A program made the position numbers and the translations under genes. The notes beneath the pieces were generated by a model. The model searched no databases. It saw only the letters and a program-made list of their open reading frames with translations, and was not told the origin of the DNA. DNA of 63,854 bases, filler included, from Candidatus Methanoxibalbensis ujae (GTDB lineage Archaea > Halobacteriota > Syntropharchaeia > Alkanophagales > Methanospirareceae), in the NCBI GenBank assembly GCA_026134085.1. It is 3 parts of 3 records of this genome, joined end to end, with 100 filler letters (N's around TTAATTAATTAA, not from the genome) between each part and the next. Parts side by side here need not be neighbours in the genome. Positions count along the whole stretch, not along the records: positions 46,663 to 63,854 come from JAOQIN010000038.1; 2 more parts are not named here. The stretch is one strand, 5' to 3'. Positions 50,671 to 60,528 of this stretch are shown here, in pieces; the stretch's first letter is position 1, and every line of letters starts with the position of its first letter.

Positions 50671-51224
50671 GAAAAACTGGCACGGGCTTTCTTCAACACC
50701 TCATCATACAGACTCGCACCATTCGCATCAATGCTCACAACAAGAGGTCCGAAATCCTCAACATGCAGATGCCACACGGCTTCGGCAAGTCCGAGATCTG
50801 TCCAATACACATTTTTGACGCTGGCACGGATTGCAGCGAGGACCCCGGCTCCTCCCGTCATCGCGAGATACACACATCCACATCTCCGCATCGCATCTCT
50901 CACAGAAGCACCCATCCCTCCTTTCCCTATTATCGCCCTGATACGAAGCTTCTCTATCACAACAGGCGCAGTCGCGTTCATTCTCTCACTGGTCGTGGGA
51001 CCGGCTGATATTATGAGCCACGATGACCCGACACGCCTCACAAGAGGTCCGCAGTGAAATATCACAGAACCTCGCTCTATTGGTATATCATCAAAATCAG
51101 AAGCGATTATACGGGCATGCGCACGGTCCCTCGCGGTGAATATATCTCCATTCAAAAAAACAATGTCCCCCAGTCTCAACGAACGCACATCTGATTCGCT
51201 CAACGGCGCATTCAACACAATCAT
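50643..51224 (-). CDS. Class I fumarate hydratase/tartrate dehydratase beta subunit
   Basis: TARDRAH, FHCGP, AGPTTS.RM, IGKGG, LGLAEA.W...VEDFGP..V.ID. Confidence 0.9.
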   Translation of the reverse strand: MIVLNAPLSESDVRSLRLGDIVFLNGDIFTARDRAHARIIASDFDDIPIERGSVIFHCGPLVRRVGSSWLIISAGPTTSERMNATAPVVIEKLRIRAIIGKGGMGASVRDAMRRCGCVYLAMTGGAGVLAAIRASVKNVYWTDLGLAEAVWHLHVEDFGPLVVSIDANGASLYDEVLKKARASFSQKRGSSCP

Positions 51225-51250
51225 AAAACCACCTTATAGTGCTGTGCACT

Positions 51251-54200
51251 TCATGAGATGCGGAATGTCTTACGCATTTTGAACTCCTCCTGCTTTCCAG
51301 CGTTCCACTGACTCACGGGGCGCAGATATCCGACAACACGCGAATACACCTCACACTCCCTCCCGCAGTGCGGACACTTCTCCTGAGAGCCTGCCAGATA
51401 GCCGTGGGATGGGCATATTGAGAAAACAGGCGTGATTGTGAAATAAGGAATTCTGAAATTCTCGCAGATTTTCCTCACAAGATTCCTTATCACACCGCCA
51501 TCTGTTATATTCTCGCCGACATAAACATGAAAAACAGTTCCACCGGTGTATTTTGTCTGTATTTCCTCCTGAAGTTCAAGTGCCTCAAAGACATCGTCTG
51601 TGTAATTCACTGGAAGCTGCGAGGAATTCGTGTAGAAAGGCTCCGCTCCTCTCTTATATGATTCCTCGTTCGCGCAGATGATGTCGGGAAATCTTTCCTT
51701 ATCAAGAAGCGCAAGGCGATATGAACAGCCTTCTGCTGGCGTCGCCTCCAGGTTGTAGAGGTTTCCCGTCTCCTCCTGAAACTCCACGAGTTTAGATCGC
51801 ATGAAATTCAGGACACTCAGCGTGAATTTTATTCCATCAGGAGATGCGATGTTCTCCCCAAGCAAATTAAGACATGCCTCATTCATCCCGACAAGCCCTA
51901 CTGTGGAGAAGTGATTCTTCCAATACTCTCCAAACCGCTCTTTAACAGCACTCAGGTAGTATTTTGAGTAGGGATAGAGGTCACGCTCAGTGAAACGCTC
52001 GAGAACTTTCCTCTTTATCTCCAAACTCTCCCTGGCAAGAACCATCAATCGCTCCAATCTCTCCAAAAATTCATCTTCATCCCTGCTCAGGTATCCGAGA
52101 CGGGGCATGTTTATCGTGACAACTCCTATACTGCCTGTCATGGGGCTTGAGCCGAAGAGACCACCACCACGACGCTCAAGCTTGTCCAGCTCCAGGCGTA
52201 GCCTGCAGCACATTGAACGGGCATCTTCAGGTCGCATGTCCGAATTTATGAAGTTGCTGAAGTACGGAATGCCATACTTCGCAGTTACTTTCCACAGCAG
52301 CTCAGCACATTCACTCTCCCATCTGAAATCTCTTGTGATGTTGTATGTGGGTATTGGAAATGTGAAAACACGACCTCTCGCATCTCCTTCAAGCAAAACT
52401 TTTAAAAATGCGCAGTTGAACATCTCAATTTCATCTTGAAAGTCCGAATATGTCTCATTCTGAGGCTCTCCTCCTATGATGACGGGCATATCTGCTAGCG
52501 TTGAAGGCACACTCATGTCAAGCGTGACATTTGTGAAAGGAGTGTTTCCTGTTATGAATACATTGGATCCGCGCATAGCAACAACTGTCTCATTTGATGT
52601 GTGAACACTCCATATCACACCCCTATAACGCACTTTCTTTATATCAAGTATGCGATCATGCTTTGACCTCGTGAGAACCACATGCCAAACATTCTGTGTT
52701 TTTTTGACGGAGCATTTATATCCAGCGAGAACAGCTACTGCCGCAATTATCTCCGCCTTTTTCTCATCTGCTGCGCGAATGATCTTATGTTTACTCTTCC
52801 CTCCGTTCAACGCCGCGCATGTCTCAAGAAATATCTCAGCCTGCCGCCTGCTGAGCTTGAAAAGCCACGCTGATTGTTTGCACGCTTCTTTTGTCAGCCA
52901 GAGGAATTCAATTTTCTGTTCGCAGGGCTGACATATGACATCACAGTGCTCAATTCCATCCGAGAAAATCCAAGCAGCCATCCTGATGAAATCATCACTG
53001 ACGGGCAAATCCTCCCTCTCGTTATCAGCAGAGACAGGAATTATGACATCCGGGGGGATATGCTCAACAGGCTGCAGAACATACTCATTATTTCTTTTCT
53101 TCATGACCACACGATGTCCGGGAGATATCAGCTGATCCTGATATTTACCTCTCAAATTATACATATAACCTTCATAATACCTTTTGAAAACATAAGTGAC
53201 TTTTTTTGATTCCAGTTTTCCGGTTTTTGTGTTGAATGTGTAGACAATATCTCCTTCTCTGATCTCTTCATATCCTTTCCATCCATCCGGCGTCAGAATT
53301 TTTGTGTCCTCAGATAGGCACTGAAATCCAACACGCGTAGGCACATTTATGTTGAAAACAAATTCCTGAAGCGCCTGCTCCACATCCCGCATGCTCAATC
53401 CGTCGTATCGTATGAAAGGACTCAGAAGAGAATCAAAATTTGAGAATGCCTGCGCACCTGCTGAATTGCCGCACCAGCACGCTTTCCCATTTCGCCTCAC
53501 ATATAAAACATGATTTGGAACTTCCAAACAGTAAACTTTGCCGGCATACTTCACCTTTTTGTTTTTGCAGATTTTGAAATTTTTGCTTTTTGATATGTTG
53601 ACAACATATACGCAATTCCTCCTGCAAATATTCGCACTCAATCCCAATTTCAATGCAATTTCTTGTATATCATCCGCCAGCTTCTCGCTTTTTGTGTGAT
53701 ATTTTATCCTTTCTTTTCCATGCCCTTCCTCGCGCATTAACGCGTCAAAAAGAATTTTCAATTGCTCTCCAGTCAAATTCTTTATCTCATGCGGAACATA
53801 CTTGTGATTGCCGAACTTTTTGAGATAGAGAGAGAGTCGTTTATCACGAATCACAAATTCAATTTTTCCCCCTCTCTCCCTCTTCGTATAATTAAATCTT
53901 CTGAGTGTGTTCTCTATTTCACTGCTTTTTTCGCTTTTGCTTATAATGATCACATGTTCGTCAGCATCATTGTTATCATAATTATAATCATAATTATCAT
54001 AATCATAATCACAATCACAATTATCATCATCACCATCTTTCCCTCTCTTTCGCAGCGAACCTTCAGCCAGCCAGAGTCCAAAGAACTTCAACCATTCTTC
54101 CATCGGAATTTTTTCAGCGCTTTCTTCCTGTGGATCATCAGCCCCTTTCGCCCCTCGTTTGAAATGGAGTTTCGCAGGCGGTAAGAAAAACAATTTTTTC

Positions 54201-56389
54201 TCCTCACCAACCCAAACCGCTCCACCTCCAGGAATAAAATGCCTGTCTGCATCAAAATCACTCGCTTTAATAAACTTTTTATAACCGCCATCACAAATAT
54301 CACAATCACAAACAAGCATGTTGTGATTTGGCGTCACCAAAATGTCCAGTTCTTCTGATTTAAAGTTATATAAGAAGCCATCAAAATAAAATTCGTAAAA
54401 TCTCACAGGATTTTGCAGCTCAATCTCATTTTTCTGCAAGTTCAGCGTGAAAACTCTGTCCTCCTTTTTCACTTCCCAGAAGTATTTCCATCCGGACTCT
54501 GTTAACACCTGTGTGTCTGCTGAGTAACATTCGCCCTGGAGCGTGTAGAAGAAGTTCACCACCTGTCCAAGCGCGCTCCTGAAGTGGCGAGCGGGTTTTG
54601 ACTCAATTTTGCCAGGAACTCCTCCAAATCCCCTCAAGAGAAGGTCGTATAAGTCCCATCCGACACAGTTGTGATTCCACATGCCATTCACCACAAGTGT
54701 TCCGCTTTCAGTCGTCACATCATATATGAAATCATCAGGAATCTCCGTCTCCTCGTTGTTTATTACATTATGCCATCCACACTCATCATGACACGCCAAA
54801 ACCTTCGCATCTGACAACAATCCGTCTGTTTTCCCGACATGAGGAACAATCTTCCGACCACGACTGACACATTGCACCCTCCCTCCCGATAAAAGAGAGA
54901 GGACAATGCTCAACTGCTCAAGCAGCGTTCTTGACCGCAGCGACCGCAGCGCCATCTCTGATTCAAAAGTGCCATCTCCGTCCAGTAAGCCACAAATTAC
55001 ACCATTTATGAAGTTCTTATTGTATTGCAGAATGTCAACAGGCAGTGTTCTGTGATCCCATTTTATTTTGAATACTTCGTCAAATAGAAACCCCAAGAAT
55101 GGATTTTTTATAATTATATGCCCTCTCGCATTATATCTCGCACTCACATCCCTTTCCTCTCCGCACAGACTGCTTGAAATGCCCAAATCAAGCAATGCAC
55201 GATGCACTTTAAGCAGTTTCTCCTTTTCCTCGGAAAAGAATATGCACAATCCTTTCTTATTAACGAATCCTTCGGCAAGAACAGAGCCAATAAAATATCC
55301 AAAATCCTCATTTAACGCAATTTTCCGCCTTATCGTGAATTTTTTTGTATGCAAAATTCCATCTTCCGATGTTTCGCCCGCTTCCTCTATCGGAACTCCA
55401 TTGAAATAAATTTGATAAATTTGACAAATTTGACACAAGCGGTCTCCACACAACATCCGCTTTTTAATCTCTTCAAGCAGGTCAATTTCATTTTTGTAGA
55501 ACAATTTTTCATCCTTCAGAAGCGATTTAATGTCAACAGTGAGGGTTTTATCTTCATTCGCAACAACTTCTGATGCTATTTTCTCGCCCTTCTCGGTTAT
55601 CATTGGATGGTCTTCTGTCACTATTACACTTCTTCCACCTTCATTCCTTATAAATCTCATTCTCCTGTCCTTTCGCTTCTTCACAATTCTTTTCACCCGC
55701 ACAAATCCTTCCCTGTCGAGAACGAAGACATTTTTCGGATACTTCGCAAAAGCAGAATCTCTCTCACTTAGCAACTCCTCCTTCTCATCAACAATCTCAT
55801 ATAACTGCTCAAAAGAAAGAAGTTTGAGCCCGTTCACATACGCAATAACCACTTCCTTCCCATAATAAGTGTAAACTGCGAGCAAATTCAGGTCATGAAT
55901 GTGGAAATCTCCTTCAACATGTGCTCTCTTAACCTCAGGTGGATATATCTTGTTCAACCAATATATCCTGCTTATCTGCGAGGATATATAATTGTTGAGA
56001 CCCTGGAGTGAGAATGTCATGTTGCTGTTCTCACGCACCTGCCAGTCCAGTTTCTGAATGTATTGGTCGACAAGCGATACATCCGCACGCTCAACAATTT
56101 CACGAATTTTCGCATGCTGGTCCCTGTAAATAATGTATGCTTTCGCCGTCTTCTTGTATGGAGATGTGAGAAGAACCTCCTCCACAATGTCCTGAATCTC
56201 CTCAACAGTCGGAATATCGCTCTTTATAACCTCTTCCGCAAGACTTAATACCTTAAGAGTGAGCTTTTTCGCAACATCACGACCAAATTCCTGCGTTGCA
56301 GCGCCAGCTTTCGCGATTGCATTCGTTATTTTTTCCGCATTAAATTCCTCTATACGGCCATCCCGCTTCCTTATCTTCTTAAATCTCAT
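51251..56389 (-). CDS. nrdD: Class III anaerobic ribonucleoside-triphosphate reductase with ATP-cone and three inteins
   Basis: KRDG ATP-cone, HIHDL, RSMCCRL, EATPAEG, YTGGT, glycyl-radical YSRVVGYLRPV; about 700 aa after removing inteins. Confidence 0.95.
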   Translation of the reverse strand: MRFKKIRKRDGRIEEFNAEKITNAIAKAGAATQEFGRDVAKKLTLKVLSLAEEVIKSDIPTVEEIQDIVEEVLLTSPYKKTAKAYIIYRDQHAKIREIVERADVSLVDQYIQKLDWQVRENSNMTFSLQGLNNYISSQISRIYWLNKIYPPEVKRAHVEGDFHIHDLNLLAVYTYYGKEVVIAYVNGLKLLSFEQLYEIVDEKEELLSERDSAFAKYPKNVFVLDREGFVRVKRIVKKRKDRRMRFIRNEGGRSVIVTEDHPMITEKGEKIASEVVANEDKTLTVDIKSLLKDEKLFYKNEIDLLEEIKKRMLCGDRLCQICQIYQIYFNGVPIEEAGETSEDGILHTKKFTIRRKIALNEDFGYFIGSVLAEGFVNKKGLCIFFSEEKEKLLKVHRALLDLGISSSLCGEERDVSARYNARGHIIIKNPFLGFLFDEVFKIKWDHRTLPVDILQYNKNFINGVICGLLDGDGTFESEMALRSLRSRTLLEQLSIVLSLLSGGRVQCVSRGRKIVPHVGKTDGLLSDAKVLACHDECGWHNVINNEETEIPDDFIYDVTTESGTLVVNGMWNHNCVGWDLYDLLLRGFGGVPGKIESKPARHFRSALGQVVNFFYTLQGECYSADTQVLTESGWKYFWEVKKEDRVFTLNLQKNEIELQNPVRFYEFYFDGFLYNFKSEELDILVTPNHNMLVCDCDICDGGYKKFIKASDFDADRHFIPGGGAVWVGEEKKLFFLPPAKLHFKRGAKGADDPQEESAEKIPMEEWLKFFGLWLAEGSLRKRGKDGDDDNCDCDYDYDNYDYNYDNNDADEHVIIISKSEKSSEIENTLRRFNYTKRERGGKIEFVIRDKRLSLYLKKFGNHKYVPHEIKNLTGEQLKILFDALMREEGHGKERIKYHTKSEKLADDIQEIALKLGLSANICRRNCVYVVNISKSKNFKICKNKKVKYAGKVYCLEVPNHVLYVRRNGKACWCGNSAGAQAFSNFDSLLSPFIRYDGLSMRDVEQALQEFVFNINVPTRVGFQCLSEDTKILTPDGWKGYEEIREGDIVYTFNTKTGKLESKKVTYVFKRYYEGYMYNLRGKYQDQLISPGHRVVMKKRNNEYVLQPVEHIPPDVIIPVSADNEREDLPVSDDFIRMAAWIFSDGIEHCDVICQPCEQKIEFLWLTKEACKQSAWLFKLSRRQAEIFLETCAALNGGKSKHKIIRAADEKKAEIIAAVAVLAGYKCSVKKTQNVWHVVLTRSKHDRILDIKKVRYRGVIWSVHTSNETVVAMRGSNVFITGNTPFTNVTLDMSVPSTLADMPVIIGGEPQNETYSDFQDEIEMFNCAFLKVLLEGDARGRVFTFPIPTYNITRDFRWESECAELLWKVTAKYGIPYFSNFINSDMRPEDARSMCCRLRLELDKLERRGGGLFGSSPMTGSIGVVTINMPRLGYLSRDEDEFLERLERLMVLARESLEIKRKVLERFTERDLYPYSKYYLSAVKERFGEYWKNHFSTVGLVGMNEACLNLLGENIASPDGIKFTLSVLNFMRSKLVEFQEETGNLYNLEATPAEGCSYRLALLDKERFPDIICANEESYKRGAEPFYTNSSQLPVNYTDDVFEALELQEEIQTKYTGGTVFHVYVGENITDGGVIRNLVRKICENFRIPYFTITPVFSICPSHGYLAGSQEKCPHCGRECEVYSRVVGYLRPVSQWNAGKQEEFKMRKTFRIS
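52544..53320 (-). mobile_element. Intein 3 in NrdD (259 aa, degenerate endonuclease)
   Basis: Exteins TRVGFQ|TPFTN; starts CLSEDTKILT, ISPGH, AWIFSDG, ends FITGN. Confidence 0.88.
53465..54529 (-). mobile_element. Intein 2 in NrdD (355 aa)
   Basis: Exteins TLQGE|SAGAQAF; starts CYSADTQVLT, VTPNH, FGLWLAEG, ends VYCLEV..WCGN. Confidence 0.88.
54668..55870 (-). mobile_element. Intein 1 in NrdD (401 aa, LAGLIDADG endonuclease), N-terminal Thr
   Basis: Exteins LAVY|CVGWDL; starts TYYGKEVV, block B VTEDHP, FIGSVLAEG and ICGLLDGDG, ends NGMWNHN. Confidence 0.85.
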
Positions 56390-56411
56390 TCTTCCCGTGT
56401 TCTCTTTCAAT

Positions 56412-56444
56412 GCTCTTTAAGCTTTCGGTTGCATTTCCACTGGA
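56412..56444 (-). promoter_or_regulatory. Putative nrdD promoter (BRE/TATA-like) preceded by an ORB-like box
   Basis: Minus strand TCCAGTGGAAATGCA-AC-CGAAAGCTTAAAG, 25-55 nt upstream of ATG 56389. Confidence 0.5.
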
Positions 56445-56479
56445 GCCCACTGGAGCCACTGCGGGATGATGAGATAAAA

Positions 56480-56605
56480 TGAACAAAGTAACAAAAAGCA
56501 GAATAATAAAAACAAAGCAAACAAATAAGCAAACAAAAAACGAAAAAACAAAAAACGAAAAACGAAAAGGCAAACAAAAAACGAAAAAACAAAAAAACAA
56601 AACGA
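56480..56605 (-). terminator. Expanded oligo-U tract region after the leuB-like gene
   Basis: About 125 nt of repeated TTTTT(G/C) on the minus strand directly after the stop codon. Confidence 0.45.
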
Positions 56606-56611
56606 GGGGGG

Positions 56612-57829
56612 TCACAACCCCCTTACCTTTTTCACGATTGCATCACCGACTTCAGATGTTTTTGAGGAGCCTCCGATGTCAGGCGTCAAGATTTTGCGCT
56701 CTTTCAGAAGAGAGGAGATTGCGTTGATGATTTTATCAGATGCACCACGCTCGCCGAGCTGTTCAAGCATGAGTGCACCTGCCCATATTGTTGCGATGGG
56801 GTTTGCAACGCCTTTTCCAGCGTATTTAGGCGCTGAGCCGTGGATTGGCTCAAACATGGAGACTCCTTCGGGATTTATGTTTCCGCCGGGTGCGAGACCC
56901 AAGCCACCCTGAATAATTGCTCCCAAATCGGTGATTATGTCACCGAACATGTTGGGCACTACAACAACATCAAAATTCTCAGGATTCTTCACAAACCACA
57001 TTGTAACAGCATCAACATATGCAAATTCCGTCTCAATTTCGGGATATTCTTTCGCAATCTCACTGAAAACCTCACGCCACAGACCGTAAGCATGTGTCAG
57101 CACATTTGCCTTGTCAACACTCGTGACCTTGCTCACTCGCCTTTTTCCCGCCTCGCCCGTCTTTTCTTCCGCTCCTTCCGCCATATCTCGTTCAGCGGCT
57201 GTCATTCTCTCTCTTGCTCTTGCACGCTCAAAAGCAAATTTTATGACGCGCTCGCAGCCTTTTCGTGAGATAATGCCTATCTGATAGGCGATCTCGTCGG
57301 CATCTCCCTCTATCTCAAGCCCGAATTTGAGGTTGTAAAGATTGCGCCTTATCTCAAGCACCTCTTTTTTTGAGATGGCAGAATATGCAGACTTCACTCT
57401 TCCGCCTGCACCGACATAGAAATCTTCTGTGTTCTCTCTGATAACGCAGAAATCAATGTCATCCGGTCCTTTTCCAGCGAGAGGAGTCGGAACGCCTTCA
57501 AACAACTTAACAGGACGCAGGTTAACATACTGATCAAAGTAGAATCTGATTGTCAGGAGGATGCCCTGCTCCAAAACGCCAGGAGGCACACGGGGGTCTC
57601 CCACGCTTCCCAGGTATATTGCATCGCATCGCTCCATTTCCTTAAGTGTTTCTTCGCTGACAAGCTCACCTGTCCTCAAATAATGTTCAGCACCGTTGGG
57701 AAACTCCCTCCATTCAACATCAAAATTCTCTATCTCCGAAACTGCATCAATTACTTTGCGACCCTCCGAAATCACTTCAGGCCCTATTCCATCTCCGGGA
57801 ACAACAGCAATCCTGTATTTATGCATCAT
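56612..57829 (-). CDS. Isocitrate/isopropylmalate dehydrogenase family enzyme (LeuB-like)
   Basis: [49 protein letters not shown]; substrate not resolvable. Confidence 0.88.
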   Translation of the reverse strand: MMHKYRIAVVPGDGIGPEVISEGRKVIDAVSEIENFDVEWREFPNGAEHYLRTGELVSEETLKEMERCDAIYLGSVGDPRVPPGVLEQGILLTIRFYFDQYVNLRPVKLFEGVPTPLAGKGPDDIDFCVIRENTEDFYVGAGGRVKSAYSAISKKEVLEIRRNLYNLKFGLEIEGDADEIAYQIGIISRKGCERVIKFAFERARARERMTAAERDMAEGAEEKTGEAGKRRVSKVTSVDKANVLTHAYGLWREVFSEIAKEYPEIETEFAYVDAVTMWFVKNPENFDVVVVPNMFGDIITDLGAIIQGGLGLAPGGNINPEGVSMFEPIHGSAPKYAGKGVANPIATIWAGALMLEQLGERGASDKIINAISSLLKERKILTPDIGGSSKTSEVGDAIVKKVRGL

Positions 57830-57851
57830 GCTCCTTTTCCCTCACAATCTT

Positions 57852-58056
57852 GTGACCTCCACCCCCAGTGAAATGAGGGTCAGGAGGTTCCCATCCACCT
57901 GAGGCAGCTCTTTCAGCCTTCCAGTCTCGGTCGAGGGCTTCGGGTCTGCCCCGGGCAGAGCGAGCAATGAATAATACGATGATGCTATATAAATAGGCTA
58001 TATAAATACTCTCACACCTCTCCTGCTCCACCAGAAGAATGGCAGCAACAATATTC
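57852..58056 (-). mobile_element. Non-autonomous IS200/IS605 derivative, copy 2 (LE + duplicated TATA + omegaRNA-like scaffold + RE)
   Basis: TTTAA at 58061-58057; LE; 37-bp block identical to copy 1 (57959-57995 = 4179-4215); GGCAG..CTGCC core; ends GGAGGTCAC. Confidence 0.8.
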
Positions 58057-58286
58057 TTAAACAGCAGTATCACAGAGATACAGAGCGACGATACAGAGCG
58101 ACATGTGTCATGTAAGGGTTCATAGTAAAGGAGAGATTAATGTATGAGATGAGAACAACGAGCGGATCACGGAATGAATGTGAAGTGAAGTGAGGTGAAG
58201 TGAGGTGAAGTGAGGTGAGGGGGGGAGAGTGAGTGCATGTGGCACATGTGATAGATGATACTGAGTGTATAGTTGAGAACGCACGG

Positions 58287-59357
58287 ATGGGCATACGGGG
58301 CAAGATGAAGAGGACTCAGTTGCCGCGGGATATTCTGGCAGGTGACGGTGTTTTGGAAGAAGTTGGCGAAGTATGCAGGAGACTCTCGCTTGACGGCGTT
58401 GCACTTGTCGTTGCAGGGCGTAGAACAAAAGAGATTGCGGGGAAAAGAGTGCTTCAGATACTTGAAGACGCATCTTATGATGTTCAGGTGGCTGAGATTC
58501 ATGCAGAAGAAGCGGATAGAGAGAGTGTTGAGCGCGTTAAAAGCATATTGCGGGAGACGAAAGCACGTTTTTTGATAAGTGTGGGCGGAGGAAAGATAAT
58601 AGATATAGGCAAAGTTTCATCATTTGAAATGGAAATACCTTTTGTATCTGTTCCCACAATAGCATCTCACGATGGAATTGCGTCGCCGAGAGCCACGATA
58701 AGAAATGGAAAATTCCCGATGTCGGTGCAGACGCATGCGCCGCTCGCCGTTGTTGCGGACACAGAGATAATAGCGAGAGCACCATTCAGGTTCACAGCAG
58801 CGGGATGCGGTGACATCGTTGCAAATTTCACGGCTGTGCTTGACTGGAAGCTCGCATATCGGCTGCGAAATCAGGAATTCAGCAGTTATGCAGCTGCGCT
58901 GTCGGAGATGACCGCGAACATGGTGCTTGAGAACGCAAAGGAGATCAGAAAGGGGAGCGAAATCGCTGCGTGGCTTGTCACAAAGGCTCTGATCTCGAGC
59001 GGCGTCGCAATAAGCATAGCAGGCACTTCAGCACCTGCCTCAGGCTCTGAACATAAGTTCAGCCACGCTCTTGACATAATCGCAGACAGACCTGCATTGC
59101 ACGGAGAGCAGTGTGGAATCGGCACAATAATGATGGCTTATCTCCACGGTGAGGACTGGCAACTCATCAAAAATGTGCTGCGTGAAATAGGCGCTCCCAC
59201 AACAGCGAAGGAAATCGGCGTTCCTGACGAAATAATTATTGAGGCGCTTACGCAGGCTCACAAAATAAATCCGCACCGCTACACGATTCTCGGCGACACA
59301 GGTCTCACAAGAGAAGCTGCAGAAAGACTCGCTCGCGTGACAGGCGTGATTGATTGA
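58287..59357 (+). CDS. egsA: sn-glycerol-1-phosphate dehydrogenase
   Basis: VGGGKIID.GK, VPT.ASHDGIASP, AAGCGD, PASGSEHKFSHALD, LHGEQCG, RYTILG. Confidence 0.95.
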   Translation: MGIRGKMKRTQLPRDILAGDGVLEEVGEVCRRLSLDGVALVVAGRRTKEIAGKRVLQILEDASYDVQVAEIHAEEADRESVERVKSILRETKARFLISVGGGKIIDIGKVSSFEMEIPFVSVPTIASHDGIASPRATIRNGKFPMSVQTHAPLAVVADTEIIARAPFRFTAAGCGDIVANFTAVLDWKLAYRLRNQEFSSYAAALSEMTANMVLENAKEIRKGSEIAAWLVTKALISSGVAISIAGTSAPASGSEHKFSHALDIIADRPALHGEQCGIGTIMMAYLHGEDWQLIKNVLREIGAPTTAKEIGVPDEIIIEALTQAHKINPHRYTILGDTGLTREAAERLARVTGVID

Positions 59358-59904
59358 TGAGCTGTGCAAAAGCGAGTTTTTCACTCATCCAATCAACATA
59401 AAGCAGAATCCAATCAACAGGGAGCTTCCGATCAAGAACAACAGTTAAGGTTGCTCAGCAGACGATGTATGCGTTTATCATTGAATAACGAAAACGGGAC
59501 TTCATGTGCTGTTTGGAGTGAGATTTTTGTGAATTATACAAAGTGAATTTTACAGAGGGAAAAGGATAAAAGAGGAATTGTCGGGGTTCGTGATTGGATA
59601 TGTGATGAGGTGAGAGCGGATTTGGACTGCTGCGATCAGTGTCTGGCGATCTCGGTTTGGAGCAACTTTTCCACCTGCTGCTAATTTGGAAGTTTTTCAA
59701 CCGCTGTTCTGAGCTTCAGTCCATCTATGCGGAAAACATGACCGGCAGGAGCCAATATTTGCGGGCATCATGGTGTGAGTCCCACTCGTGCCGTTTTACA
59801 GAGAGCGCACAAAGCATTGTTGAGATAGCAGATGTCTCGATGGGGAGAAGCGGGAGTCCTTATTTTTTATATTATAGTAAAAAGTAAAAATTGGAGGTGC
59901 GATC

Positions 59905-60525
59905 ATGAAAGGCGGAGGTGGGATCATGAGAGGCGGCGGTTCTGCGGTGAATTCTGCTGCTGTGAATAATGATAAGGGAGAGGAGGATGCTTTGTTTGGG
60001 GAGATACTTGCTTCTATTGCTGAAATGGGGAGGAGGTGGGGGTTTGAGATTCCCATAGGGAGGATATGGGCATTCATGCTTTTTCAGCCGAGAGCAGTGA
60101 CGCAGCGAGAAATTGAGCAAGGAACGGGATACAGTCGTGGATTGATAAGCAGGTCATTGCGTAAAATGGAAGCCTTTGGCATGATTCATGTGTTTAAAGA
60201 GGGGAAGGAGATGAAATATGCAGTGAATCTGTCTCTTACGGAAGGATTCAATGATTTTCTGAAGCGTTTGCTGTGTGAGAAGATAAGACCCATGATTGAT
60301 CTTCTCGTCAGAAACATTGACAAAGTTGATGATGAAAAGTTGAGAAAAGCGTTCACCACTCTTATTTCGGAATATCAGCGCTTGCATCTTCTCATCAGCG
60401 TGTTTTCAAAAGTAATAGAGGATGTAAATGCTGGTAGGATGAGTGAAAAAGAACTTGAAAAGTTTGTGAGCGGTAAGCGCGATGAGCGGTTGGGATTCAA
60501 TGTGCGCATGAAAGGTGATAAATGA
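59905..60525 (+). CDS. GbsR/MarR-type winged-helix transcription regulator
   Basis: WG....GRIWA.ML, T..EI...TGYS...IS.SLR.M..FGM. Confidence 0.8.
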   Translation: MKGGGGIMRGGGSAVNSAAVNNDKGEEDALFGEILASIAEMGRRWGFEIPIGRIWAFMLFQPRAVTQREIEQGTGYSRGLISRSLRKMEAFGMIHVFKEGKEMKYAVNLSLTEGFNDFLKRLLCEKIRPMIDLLVRNIDKVDDEKLRKAFTTLISEYQRLHLLISVFSKVIEDVNAGRMSEKELEKFVSGKRDERLGFNVRMKGDK

Positions 60526-60528
60526 GGG

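Noticed and set aside
56604..56615. GAGGGGGGTCAC resembling an IS605 right end
   Set aside because: No subterminal hairpin or scaffold; overlaps the stop of the leuB-like gene
59600..59712. Possible C/D box sRNA (GTGATGA ... CTGA)
   Set aside because: Too long for a typical archaeal C/D RNA, with no clear C'/D' boxes or terminal stem
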